From contig RHPI01003642.1 in assembly GCA_009103225.1 (NCBI GenBank), forward strand, positions 1,255,088 through 1,319,087: a stretch of 64,000 bases of DNA, given 5' to 3'. Source of the DNA: Chlorokybus atmophyticus. Taxonomy: Eukaryota > Plantae > Mesostigma and Chlorokybus algae. A program made the position numbers and the translations under genes. This document shows, in pieces, positions 26,494 through 37,404 of this stretch; the stretch's first letter is position 1, and each line of letters begins with the position of its first letter. The notes beneath the pieces are model-generated. The model was given only the letters and a program-made list of their open reading frames with translations, was not told where the DNA came from and did no database searches.

Positions 26494-26730
26494 TGTCTTG
26501 CAGGTAAGCCTTGGCTGCGGGTTATGTCTTGCAGGGAGAACACATACAGTGTGGGGTGTAAGTGCGCAAAGTAAGTGGTGCTGCGGTGCAGCTTGCGGGG
26601 TGATAAGTGAAGGAGCCTGAGGGCTGCGGTACTTGTGGTGATGGAGTTATAGGTGCAGGGAGAGAGTGGTAAGGGAAAACAAATTGTGTAGTCCCCCCTA
26701 AGCTTGGTATGAGATCGTGGTTACTCAACA
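26494..26730 (-). repeat. LTR type X, copy 1
   Basis: TGTCTTGCAGG...TTACTCAACA; direct repeat of 31258-31492. Confidence 0.75.
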
Positions 26731-26867
26731 AGCTCTCTGTCCAAGGATGAATGTGGACAAGCACACAGCAGTCATGTAAGTGTGTTCGTTTGTTATTCAA
26801 GTTTGCTAAGTAAAGCGAGTTTACGTGCTACAAGCACTCACCTAACAGCGAGCTTGTGGATGCCTAC

Positions 26868-29800
26868 TGTAAGGGGGGAGTGCCCCTCCTCCCTATAATC
26901 CCCTACCCCAACACCACCTCCAGCCACGCCGACGTCACCGCCGCTGCCGCTGCCATGGCAGCTCATCGAGCAAAAGATGATCTGGCTATGGCGGTCTGCA
27001 CTCTCATGCCGATATCAATATTACTTATCGTAACACTACATCAGGGCACTAACATTAGGTTAATGGCCCTAATATGGCTTAAATGGCTGTATAATCCCGT
27101 TGGGACCTATTTAATCTCAAACAAGGGCGGGGAACCTCTATGGAGGTAGCTGTCACGGACGATTAAGTAATAACGCCATAATGACCGCAACACACTTCGT
27201 GCTTTTGTGGCCTAGTGGTTTGTTACATTGGTCATCGAAGCTTGAGATCGAAAAGGTCCTGAGGTTGAAACCGCCTGCCGGTTAATTAAGAAGGATTTTT
27301 AAGAGATTTCGTCGTTATCAATCCATGATAGGTCGCGCGTCAATGCGCGACTTGCCGGACGGCAGTCGGACATTCTGATGCGTCGCGCGTACCTGGAGCC
27401 GCCGCTGTGTAGTACCGCGCAACTAGCCTGACGACAACCGACAGTCGGTCACCCAGCGGCGCAATGCGCGCTGCGACTGCTCAGTGATAATTGCAAAAAA
27501 CGCTTCTACTGCTTACTGACGAGAAGCCCTGTAAAAACTCGCATATAATGAGGACATTAAATGCCTAAATGGGGGGAATGTCACGGACGACAAGTTAAAA
27601 CGCCACAATGGCTGCAAAACACACTTCGTGCTTTTGTGGCCTACTGGTTTGTTACAGTAGCACTCCGTTACATTCCCCCCACTTAGGTTTCAATGTCCTC
27701 ATCAAAGGGTTTGCAAAGCCCCATCGTGAGTCAAGAAACAAAAGTAATGAGAGAACCAGGGCCGAAGCGGTAAAAATGTCTGCCATCACCCTTTTACCGT
27801 TCGCGTGTGGACACAGTACTCCAGTACCCCCGAAGAGTTTTCTAGCATTTGGTAAGATTCCTTTTGGGCTCCCATGTATTGTGCTCAACACCATACCCTT
27901 TTTATTTCATTTAATAAAACGGCGCGCATCCGCGTCGAGGTTTACGGTAATTCAGGATTACTTCCACCTCATACTAAAAAGTATCGTCGCCATCCACTGC
28001 AGCGGGGGGTGGAGGAGGTTGAACCCGACCGTCAGAACGGTACGATTTTAGTACACTCACATGCAACACATTGTAAATGCGTATCGTCTTTGACAAGTTC
28101 AAACCATACGCGTGAGTGCCGACCCAATTAATCACTTTAAAAAGGGCCTATCCAGCGAGGGAAGAACTTGCGGGTGTGTGTCCGACACCGCGATCAGGGG
28201 GTAAGCCTGGCAACTCATCGGAGAATACGTATTGATACTTCTCAAGGATGTCCGCAACACCTTCCGTACTGCCTAGCACAAAGTCGTCAGACGACGTTAA
28301 GTGTACCAAAAAAGCCGGTGTGTTTTTACCGAATGCACGCTTCACTTGCAGTGCAATGTGAAGCGCGGGGTCAGTTTGCTTTGGGATCCCCACGCACAAG
28401 TGGCGGAACATTGTTCATCAACTCGTGCTCGAGCATACGGATCACCATTTCCCTGCTTGCACGAGGAAGTGTGGCAGAATCCGTTTCATAGCCACCTCGA
28501 ACCTTCTGTGCCCACGCCTCCCACGTTTCCTGACGAAGCTGAGGGTGGGTGTCAAGTAGAGCCTTACGCTCTAAGGCATACTTCTCAATAGCCCCGCGAA
28601 TGACACTTTGTGTATCTATTGTAGCTTGTCCACTCTGAGTAGACTGGTTGGGAGAAGCTTCGCTATCTTGCGAAGCTTCATCCTTGTCACTCTCAATAAG
28701 CTTGTAGCTCTCACTCGTATCCGAGTTCCTCTATCATCATTCGCCGGCTCGTATGATGACGATGAGTCAGGGATGGCAAAGTACTTCTCACCTCCCTCTC
28801 CTTGGTTAGCCATCTGCCCAAAGATATAAGCCATTAGCAAGTGCACAATACACAAATTGTGCACTGCAAAAAGTGGCAAATTTTCGTGCTTTTGTCTCGT
28901 CAAGTTTCGAAGGGTTTATGTAGAGTACACAGCTCCAAAAGGAGCTCTCCAAACAACTCTTAACTTGAATCAATCACTTTACAACAAACCGTACGCAATG
29001 CCCGCGACGGTTCATGAGCTGTGGCTGCTCAAAGTTCTTACTTTGTACAACCCAACTCCACTCATAGTTACAATTAACACACGGGGTGCCAAAACTTTGT
29101 TGAATCGACCTTACAGCCAATATCGTCAAGTTGTGAGTCTGGAATTTCATATTGGCTGCCCAAAAATTCTGGCGGCCTCACCGCGCTCACTGGCGGCAAC
29201 GAGGCAACCGATGTTGCCACCAAACTGCCCCCAAGGAAATCATCAGAAATAGATAAAAACCCGTACACCACCACAAATTCATGTGGTGGCTAGCACGCAA
29301 TCTACAATATAATAATAAATGTATGATCACTATGTTGTATGCTTGCATGCAATGCTTGAGGGAGGGGCCTGGATGGCTGCCTCCCTTCACACGATAACAA
29401 ACTAGACTAGGACAGGCAGGTTAGGCATGGCATGGCATGGCATGCTAGGCTAGGCTAAGCTAGGCTAGGCTAGGCATCAGCACTAGAGTTAGACCACAAC
29501 GGTAAAAAAATTGAAAATAATCAATAACTTCCATTAGTTGCCGTCGCCGCCGCTTCCGCCTGCCGCCTGCCGCCGCCCCTGCAATGCCTGTCGCCTGCCA
29601 CCGCCCCTCCCACATGCCCCTTGCCGCCCGTGCTCCCATCCCAATGAAAGGGGGGAGTGCCCCTCCTCCCTCTAATCCCCTATCCCAACCCCACCACCAG
29701 CAACGCTGACGCCACAGCCGCTGCCGCTGCTGCTGCCGCTGCCGTAGCAGCTGCCAGAGCAAAAGATGCTCTGGCTAGGCGTTCGCTGTGTTAGCAGCAC

Positions 29801-30721
29801 CGCCATGCGGCTGATAACGGCATGAGACATGACTCTCATGCCGATATCAGTAGTGTTACTCATTGTGCAACACTACATTAGGTAATTAACACTAGGTTAA
29901 TGACCCCAATATGGCTTAATTATCTGTATAATCCCGTTGGGACCCTTACTTACTTTTAAATAAGGACGGGGAACCTCTATGGAGGTAGCGTTCCGTTAAA
30001 TTCCCATTGTAACAAGTGGGCTCCGACCACTAGGCTATAGTAGCAAAACACGCTACCATGAGTGAGGTTTGTCACAATTTATCCCAAATTGTGACATTCC
30101 TCCCCAATGTAACCCATGGGTTTCTTATTATCCAATGAAACACTTATCAGCCCACGTCACCGTGGTCACGACCGTACCACGACCGGTTCGCCCGCGGCCT
30201 TTTGAGTCCGGCCATCCTTACCGCGCAACCTGCCATCACGGCGATCGCTCGCGCAGCCATAGGTCAAACTGGCTCGGCGCGCAGGTTGCGAACCTGTGCC
30301 CAGCCAAAGGCAAGCCGCTCTAAATGTTTTTTGCCCTTGTATTTGCCTCAATCCCCTACGGGAATTGAACCTAAAACGTCAAGCTGTGTTACCATTGTAA
30401 AGGGGGGAGTGCCCCTTCTCTCTCAAAACTCCAACCCCAACACCACTAGCCACGCCGACGCCGCTGCCGTGGCAGCTACCAGAGCAAAAGATGCTCTGGC
30501 TATGGCGCTCGCTGCGTTAGCGGCGCCGTCATGCGGCTGATATTGGCATGAGACATGACTCTCATGCCGATATGAGTGTTACTTATCGTAACACTACAAT
30601 AGGGCATTAACACTAGATTAATGGCCTTAATATAGCTTAACTAGGTGTATAATCCCGTTGAGACCCTTATTTAATCCTAAATAAGGGCGGGGAACCTCTA
30701 TGGAGGTAGCACTCCCTTACA
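26868..30721 (-). mobile_element. non-autonomous LTR element with three LTRs (Z1 26868-27672, Z2 29645-30000, Z3 30396-30721) and decayed gypsy pol remnant
   Basis: Three copies of TG(T/A)AAGGGGGGAGTGCCCC...GGAACCTCTATGGAGGTAGC. Flanks CCTAC/CTTAC (5-bp TSD, 1 mismatch). PBS-like TGGTAACACAGC beside Z3 and PPT GTGGGGGAA beside Z1. Peptide VFSDELPGLPPDRGVGH near 28170-28250. Confidence 0.8.
27151..27656 (+). mobile_element. complete TRIM (77/78-bp LTRs) inserted in LTR Z1
   Basis: LTRs 27151-27227 and 27579-27656 (TGTCACGG...TTGTTACA). PBS TGGTCATCGAAGC, PPT ATGGGGGGAA, perfect 5-bp TSD GTAGC. Confidence 0.95.
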
Positions 30722-31257
30722 CTTACAACCGTGATTCTGGTTGCGCAAGGCATACAAAAGTACCATGTTCGGCAGGGGAGAAAGCAGTTGGCAGGCAACG
30801 AGGCGGTGACCACACCAGGAGGTTAACAAAACAATGCAAGAGAGAAATAGAGCACCAAGGGCAACAGCAGGGAAGGTATACAGCAAAGGAATTCGGGCCA
30901 CAGCTCTTACAAGTTTAACTCTTACATAAGGCAGCATGCATGCATGCGGTTCGCCTAGTCTGATGGTAACTTTCGAAAGTCTTGGAAGGACCGCCGCAGC
31001 TTCCACGCCAGTTTGCTTACTTGCAACTTACCACCGACCAATTCCTTAAGGTTTGCTTGAGGAAGCTGTCGAAATCGGCCGCCGCCACTACTCTGCAGCT
31101 CATTGGCTGACAGTTAAGAAGGTGTCGATGGGTCTTGTTACGCTGTCCAACACCTGGTGAACCGGATTGGCCGATCCTGATGCTAGTAAGAGCGCACAAG
31201 GAGTGCGAGGGAGTAGTGCGTGCCGAAGGTTATGATCGTGATCATCACCGTGACAGC

Positions 31258-31492
31258 TGTCGTGCAGGTAAGCCTCGGCTGCGGGTGATGTCTCGCAGGG
31301 AGAACACATACAGTGTGGGGTGTCAGTGTGCAGAGCAATTGGTGCTGCGGTACAGCTTGCGGGGTGTTAAGTGCAGGAGGCTGAGGTTTGCGGTACTTGT
31401 GGTAATGGAGTAGTAAGTGCAGGAGAGAGTGGTAAGGGAAAAACAAATTGTTTAATCACCTAAGCTTAGTATGAGGTCGTGGTTACTCAACA
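31258..31492 (-). repeat. LTR type X, copy 2, directly downstream of the gypsy PPT
   Basis: Direct repeat of 26494-26730. Preceded on the minus strand by AGGCAGGGGGGGAGCT. Confidence 0.75.
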
Positions 31493-32745
31493 AGCTCCCC
31501 CCCTGCCTAGTCATCGGTGTTCACGCGATGAGCTTGGCACTTGTGCCAGCGCCACGGCTAGCTTGCAAAAGAAGACGCCGCATTGGGATCGGTGGCAGCG
31601 AGGGTGACGCCGAGACTGAAAGTCTCATGCCAGCATTCCCAGCAATGTCATATTCCAGTAAAGGGCGACCGCAGCTAGTGCATGTCATGTTCCGAGCTCG
31701 TGGGTGAGGTGTGCGGAGCCCTTAAACGTCTGGCATATGACAAGAGAAGCACTTTTGTACATGGTCAACTTGAATGTTACCGAAGGGATCTCGCAGGGAC
31801 TGGGTGCCTTGTGCGCATACTTGCATCACCTTGTACACGGTGCCGTAGTTGGCCGGATGGGTAGAGTCCAAGGTGTTGGTGGTCTGCTTCTTGCGGTAGA
31901 CCTCCACTGCTTGCGTTGACTCCACTGCTTGCGTTGCGTGACGGATGCAAAAGGGTAGCAAAGGTTCCCTCCCAAACATTAGCTGAAGGAACGCAAGGCT
32001 GTTTGCCTCGTGCAGCGGTACCCGAGTGCGAGCCAAGGCCAAAAGTCCCAGTCTTCCTGCCGGTGGGTTACACAGCAGCAACGGAGAGCTTTCTTGACTG
32101 TCTACACCATTTTCTCTGCAACGCCATCAGCCTGCGGATGACCACGGCTAGTGCGGCGGTTATCAATGAGTGAGCGGTTGAGCAGATTGTCAAATTCCCC
32201 TTGGAACTCGGTGCCGTTGTCAGTAAGCAGCTCTGCGCGAGGCGCGAAGTCCTTTGAGAATGTGCTCCAAGTACGCCCGCATCACAGTGCATGTTGTCTT
32301 GTCTGGTAGAGGTATCAACTCCACCCACTTGCTGGAGTGCTCGATGGCAATAAGTATGTCTGTACGTTGCCGCGACGGATGATGGGCAGCTCTCCTGCCA
32401 GGTCCAAGCTCCAGCGGTAACCAAGCTCCATGATGGGCAAGGGATGCAGCCGAGAGTGGCGATGTCAGAAGCTTGCTTGGATGTGATTGCAAAACTTACA
32501 CTGTCTCCATACCTCCACAATGTTGCGTGCCAGTCCGTCCCACCAGTAGTTTCCACGCATAATTTTGGCAGTGCGCTTCATGCCAAAGTGCCCAAGCTGG
32601 TGATGCAAGTTGGCAATGATGGACGCTCGGCGGTTGGGTGGGGGGAACCTCCTTGCGCTGGCAATCGTTCATGATGCGCCAGAGGACATCGTTATCCCAA
32701 GTGTAGTTCTTGGCGCGATGCTGCGCGTGGTCGGTCATTTTGATG

Positions 32746-33132
32746 ATGATGATGATCCAGCCCAGTAAATAAGGCTCATAACTATTGAGGATATTCCTAC
32801 ATCTAGGTCAGCCAATTAGCTTGCCCTCTGCATTGGGATAGCCGCTAGAGGATTCCAGGCGACTCAAGTTGAGAGGTCCAGGCGCGAGAAGGTTCCAAGG
32901 GCGTCGCAGAGTCCGGAGTTTGAAAACTTCCAGGCGCTGTAGTAGAATGATTGTATTCCGGTAGTTATTTGACTATTTGGCGCGTGCCATAGCTTGTTAA
33001 AAAGCTCATGAAGTTAGCTACTTGGAGCATATTGGAGTGCAAGTTAGGGCTAAGTGTACTAGATGCAGTAGCTTCTAGAGTAGCTTTTAGAGTATAAGCA
33101 AGTGTAGCTGGCGGGTATAAAACCCGTGGACA
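32746..33132. mobile_element. ~390-bp insertion in the gypsy pol (solo LTR or retroposon 3' fragment)
   Basis: TGATG duplicated at 32741-32745 and 33133-33137. Removing the insert and one copy of the duplication restores a continuous pol frame (IAIKMTDH). (GAT)n run at one end, ACA at the other. Confidence 0.55.
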
Positions 33133-35062
33133 TGATGGCAATAGATGGTCTTATATGGTCTCCTAACGCTGGTGTTGTGGCATGCACTTATGCATTTGTA
33201 TGCTTGTTATTATCCATCTCAACACTGTTGAGCTCAGCTGCATGGTGAGCTTATCGGTCCAGATGTCTCCTTCTTCTGCAGGGGTATGGTGGCCCTGAGT
33301 ACTGGGTTGCGGGCCTCGGCGTGTATGCCGGCTGCTACCACTAACATGGCGTGAATTTGCGGGGCGTGTTGCCGTTGTATCGGGCGTCAATGGCAGTTGC
33401 TAGTAAGTTTGTCGCTGGTGAGAAGCCACTGCAGAGGCTGATGATCAGCGACCAACTCAAACTGATAGCCGAAGAGGAATGGGCGATAGAAATGGCCTTG
33501 ACAGCTGCAAGCTACTCCCCTTCATAGCTGCTGTAATTGGCTTCCGCAGCGTTAATGCTCCAATCGGCGTAAGCAACGACTTGTTCCTTACCCTCGTTGT
33601 TCTTCTGGTAGAGCACCGCACCCAGCCCAAGCCCTTCATACTCCAGTCGGTGTGGAGTATGAAGGGCTTGCTTTAGTTAGGGCGTGCGAGTAATGGATCC
33701 GACTGTGGGTGGCTTTTCAGTGCCTCAAAGGCTTGATGCTCGGCTTCTCCCCATTGCCAAGGGATGGCTTTCTTCAGCATGTCATTGAGAGGTTTGGCCA
33801 ACCTAGAGAAATCGAGCACGAACCGACGGTAATAGTTGGCAGGACCAATAAAGGCGCAAACGCGAGATGTCCGTGGGTGTTGGCACCTTCAGCAATCCAT
33901 CCACTTTTTTCTGCTGCACCATCACTCCATAAGGGGCGATATGGCGGCCGAGGTATGAAATTATGTCCGCAAAGAACGTGCACTTCTTATGGTGTGCCGT
34001 GAGCCCATGCTCTTTTAATCGGTGCAACACCTTGTTGATATGCTACAGGTGCGCTTCAGCGATGTGGCTGAAGCGCACCTGTAGATGAAAATGTTATCAA
34101 TGTAGCCACCTGGATTTGTTCAGCCTATGAGAAGAGTGATGTCCATCACGCGTTGGAAGACAACAATTGTATTTTTCAATCTAAAAGGCATAACCTTCCA
34201 CTGATGCAGTTTTTCGTGCCCCAAAAAGCGGTCTTGCACTTGTCCTTCCTTGATGCCGATCCGATAGAATCCGGAGCGCATGTCCAACATTGAAAGTACT
34301 TGCAGGTGCTATTGTTGTCGAAGATCTCGTCGAGGGTATACATGCGGTAGCAATCCAGCACTGTGTGATTATAGAGGTTGGGAAATCGCCGCACATTTGT
34401 CGCTACATCCACTGTCCTTGCTCATCCTTCTTCAAGGGCATGACAATGGCGGCTGCGTACTGTGTGGTGGGTGCTGCTTCCTCAATGAGTCCTGCGTCTA
34501 GCAGCTTCTTGCGGTTGGTTCCAATAAGCTGCATCTCAACCTTTGCCAACGGGTGTTGCTTGTGGAAGATGGCCCAGGTGTGTCGAAGTCCATAGTAGAT
34601 TTATGCAAGTTGCACTTGCTCAGATCTTTGAGTGAATGATCAATCTGTGTCTTGTGCTCTTCAGGGAGGGACTTCCACTTGTCCTCGACATTGCCGAAGG
34701 CCATACAGCCAACGCACCAACCGTCTTGCTCAGGTTCGTAGCTGTGAGGAACGTCAAGTGCTTCAAGCTCAACGCAGTGAACGGCTATGGAGACGAATGA
34801 CGGGTCCATGATTTCTGCTAGTTGCCAGCTGGTCACAATTGAGGAGATCCTCAAGCTCATCCCTCCCACTAAAGAGGTCGTCGATTTCTTCCAAGAGGCT
34901 GTCTCGCTCAGTATGTAGGTCGGGATTGCCCCTGGCAAAGGCAGCAAGCTTGGCTGCGGATTTGCCCCCAGCCTTGTTGCCATCGAGAGGGCCGGATATG
35001 CCCTTACCCTTCCTCTCGTCGTCGTCGTTGTTGTTGTTGTTGTTGTTGTTGTAGTCAGCGCT

Positions 35063-35424
35063 TGTAACCGGAATGTACATTTAATAACCACAAATTGACC
35101 TGCACCAAGTCTTTTATGGTTGAGTGGGTTGTGACATTGACCATCGGAGCTTGAGACCCGAGTTCGTCTCCTGCCTTGCACACGGATTCCGTGGTCGTTG
35201 TTTCTCGATCAATTAACATCGTAAATGGTCACTTCATAAGTGCCATTACCAATGGGTCGAGACTTGCCTAATGGCAGTCGCGCCGACGTTCGGTTGGCGG
35301 TGCAAGACGCGACCTGCCTGTCGCGATGCGACTTGTGGGGCCGGCAGCGGTGCGCTATGCGTTGACCGGTATGGGCCATTAGTTGGCCGGTGCTTGGCAG
35401 TGGGGCCGGTGATCGACCCTAACA
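35063..35424 (+). mobile_element. truncated TRIM (74-bp LTR 35063-35136, PBS, leader) inserted between gag and pol
   Basis: TGTAACCGG...GTTGTGACA followed by TTGACCATCGGAGCTTGAGA. Colinear with 12228-12019 plus 2243-2187. Right boundary approximate. Confidence 0.7.
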
Positions 35425-36767
35425 TGCCGCAGTGGTTGCAAAGGGCATCAGCGCGTGGCATCGGTCATACGCGCATGAAGTGCCCCTCTTTGCTGCACAT
35501 GTGGCAGATTTGGGAGGGGTTATCCTCTACTAGCACGACGGCATGAGCAGCGTGCGTGTGTTTAGGTGGTGCAGAGGTGGAGGCCGAGCCGATGCCGCTG
35601 CTGCAATGTGCGAGGCCACCGGTTTCAAGTAGCCTGCTCTTGAACCAGATCCTCTTGCCAGTACACAGAGCGCATGTATGCCTGGTAAAGGGTGTAGTTG
35701 GCTTCGCCACACAAGTCAGCCTTCACATGCTTGCGCAAGAGTGGTTCAAGGTGCTCCACATACAACCGTGCTTGATGATAGGGGTTGAGGAGAGGCATCT
35801 CGTTAATAATAAGGGTGGTGTCCTCAACCAGATTGACAATGCGCTCGTAGAAGGGACTGGCATCTCCTTTGGCTTCCTTCTTAGCTGGATGAGGTATGCA
35901 TCCTCGTAATAACGGGAAAGCGTTAGCTCGGTCGAAGGACCAAGTCCGCCCATGGTGAGAGTGCTGCCAGCTTGGAGAAGTCTTCTGCAGTTGGAGAATG
36001 ACGAGCTGCGGGAGGTGCCGTGGCAGTAGAGTCTGCTGCCTTGGTGAGAGCATAAGCAGCGACAGCTACATTGCTGGCCATAAGCCTCATTAGCCTCGTC
36101 CTCCTGCGTGACCAGAGGCATAAAAGGTCTGGTGGTGGCGGTGGTGCCCGAGGCACTGCTGCTAGTGTCAGTTTCCTCCGTGCAAGTGGATGGTGGCACT
36201 CGTAACGCGTACAGCAGCTTGGGGCAGTGCACGTGAAGCACTCAGTCTGGCGCGAAGTAGTAGCTCGTCGTCAAGAAGCTCATGTGTAGAGGCAACCTCG
36301 TGCCGCACGGCTGATGCGACGTCATTCCTATACTCAGCAGCGAGGATGAGCTTCTGCTTGTCATCCCAGTTGTTCTGGGCTTGATCTTCACCGTTGAGAC
36401 GATGGAGTTTAAGCGGCTGAGGCAGTATTCAATGAGATGAAGCATGCTGCTCCATTGAAGACCAGCCTTCCGCTGCCACTGCTGCCGTTGCTGCCTCGGT
36501 TGCCAATGGGGGCAACCACTTCCGGAGCTAAGGTCGCTGTGGAAAGGAGGTAGGAAGCTTGCAATGGCTGGTGGGTTATAGTTACCCACTTCTTCGTCTG
36601 GTATAGAGGGAGTCTGCTAGCGGGGTAGCTAAATCAGCTCGCCTCCAACCTCTAGATGTTCTAACTTGCCGGGTCCGTAGCTGAGTTCGTAACTCCTGAG
36701 ACGCATGCACACGCACGCAACGAACACGAACAAGGCAAAACAGACATCTTAAGTGATGACCAAGTGC

Positions 36768-37404
36768 TGTGGAGTAAGTTGCAAGTCAACAACCTCCTTG
36801 ATTAAGATAAATATGTGGACAAGAACACTGCAATCATGCAAGTGTGTTCATGTGTGATTGAAGTTTGCCCAGTACAGCCAGTTTACATGCTGCACTCACC
36901 TAACAGCAAGCTAGTGGATGCGTACAACCGTGATTGTGGTTGCGCAAGGCGTGCAAAAGTACCATGTTAGGCAGGGGAGCATGCGGTTGCAGGCAACGGG
37001 GTGGTGGCCATGGCAGGAGGTTAAGGAAACAGTGTAAGAGAGAAATAAAGCATCAAAGGCAACATCTGGAAAAAAACGGTATACAACAAAGGGATTCGGA
37101 CCACAGCTCTTACACAAGGCAGGGTGCATGCACGCAGTTTGCTTGGTCTGATGGTGACATTTAAAAGTCTTGGAAGGACCGACGCCGCTGCCGCGCCAGT
37201 CCGTTCGCTAGGGTTTGCTTAAGGAAGCTGTTGATGTCGGCCGCCGCCACTACCCTGCTGCCTATTGGCTGATTTAAAGAGGTTTTAAATGGGTCTTGTC
37301 ACGCTGTCCAACACCTGGTGAACCGTTGTGGCCAAGTGTGATGCTGGTGGGGGCGCACAATGGGTGCGAGGGAGAAGTGCGTACCGAAGGTCATCACCGT
37401 GACA
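36768..37404 (-). repeat. LTR type Y, copy 2 (5' LTR of the gypsy element)
   Basis: TG...CA termini; adjacent to the PBS; aligns with Y copy 1. Confidence 0.85.

Larger units (their letters stand above)
26731..31255 (-). repeat. LTR type Y, copy 1, split by the element at 26868-30721
   Basis: 26731-26867 joined to 30722-31255 aligns with 36780-37404 and ends in CACCGTGACA. Confidence 0.8.
31493..36767 (-). mobile_element. Ty3/gypsy internal region (gag with CCHC, RT, RNase H, integrase), degenerate
   Basis: PBS TGGTCATCAC at 36762-36751. Peptides: gag CHMCSKEGHFMRV*; RT YRMYTLDEIFD, KTAFW, ISYLGRHIAPYG; RNase H FILHTDWSMKGLG; integrase HQLGHFGMKRT...YWWDG, RWSLDLAG, IEHSSKWVELIPLPDK. Order RT-RH-IN is the gypsy order. 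Confidence 0.92.
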
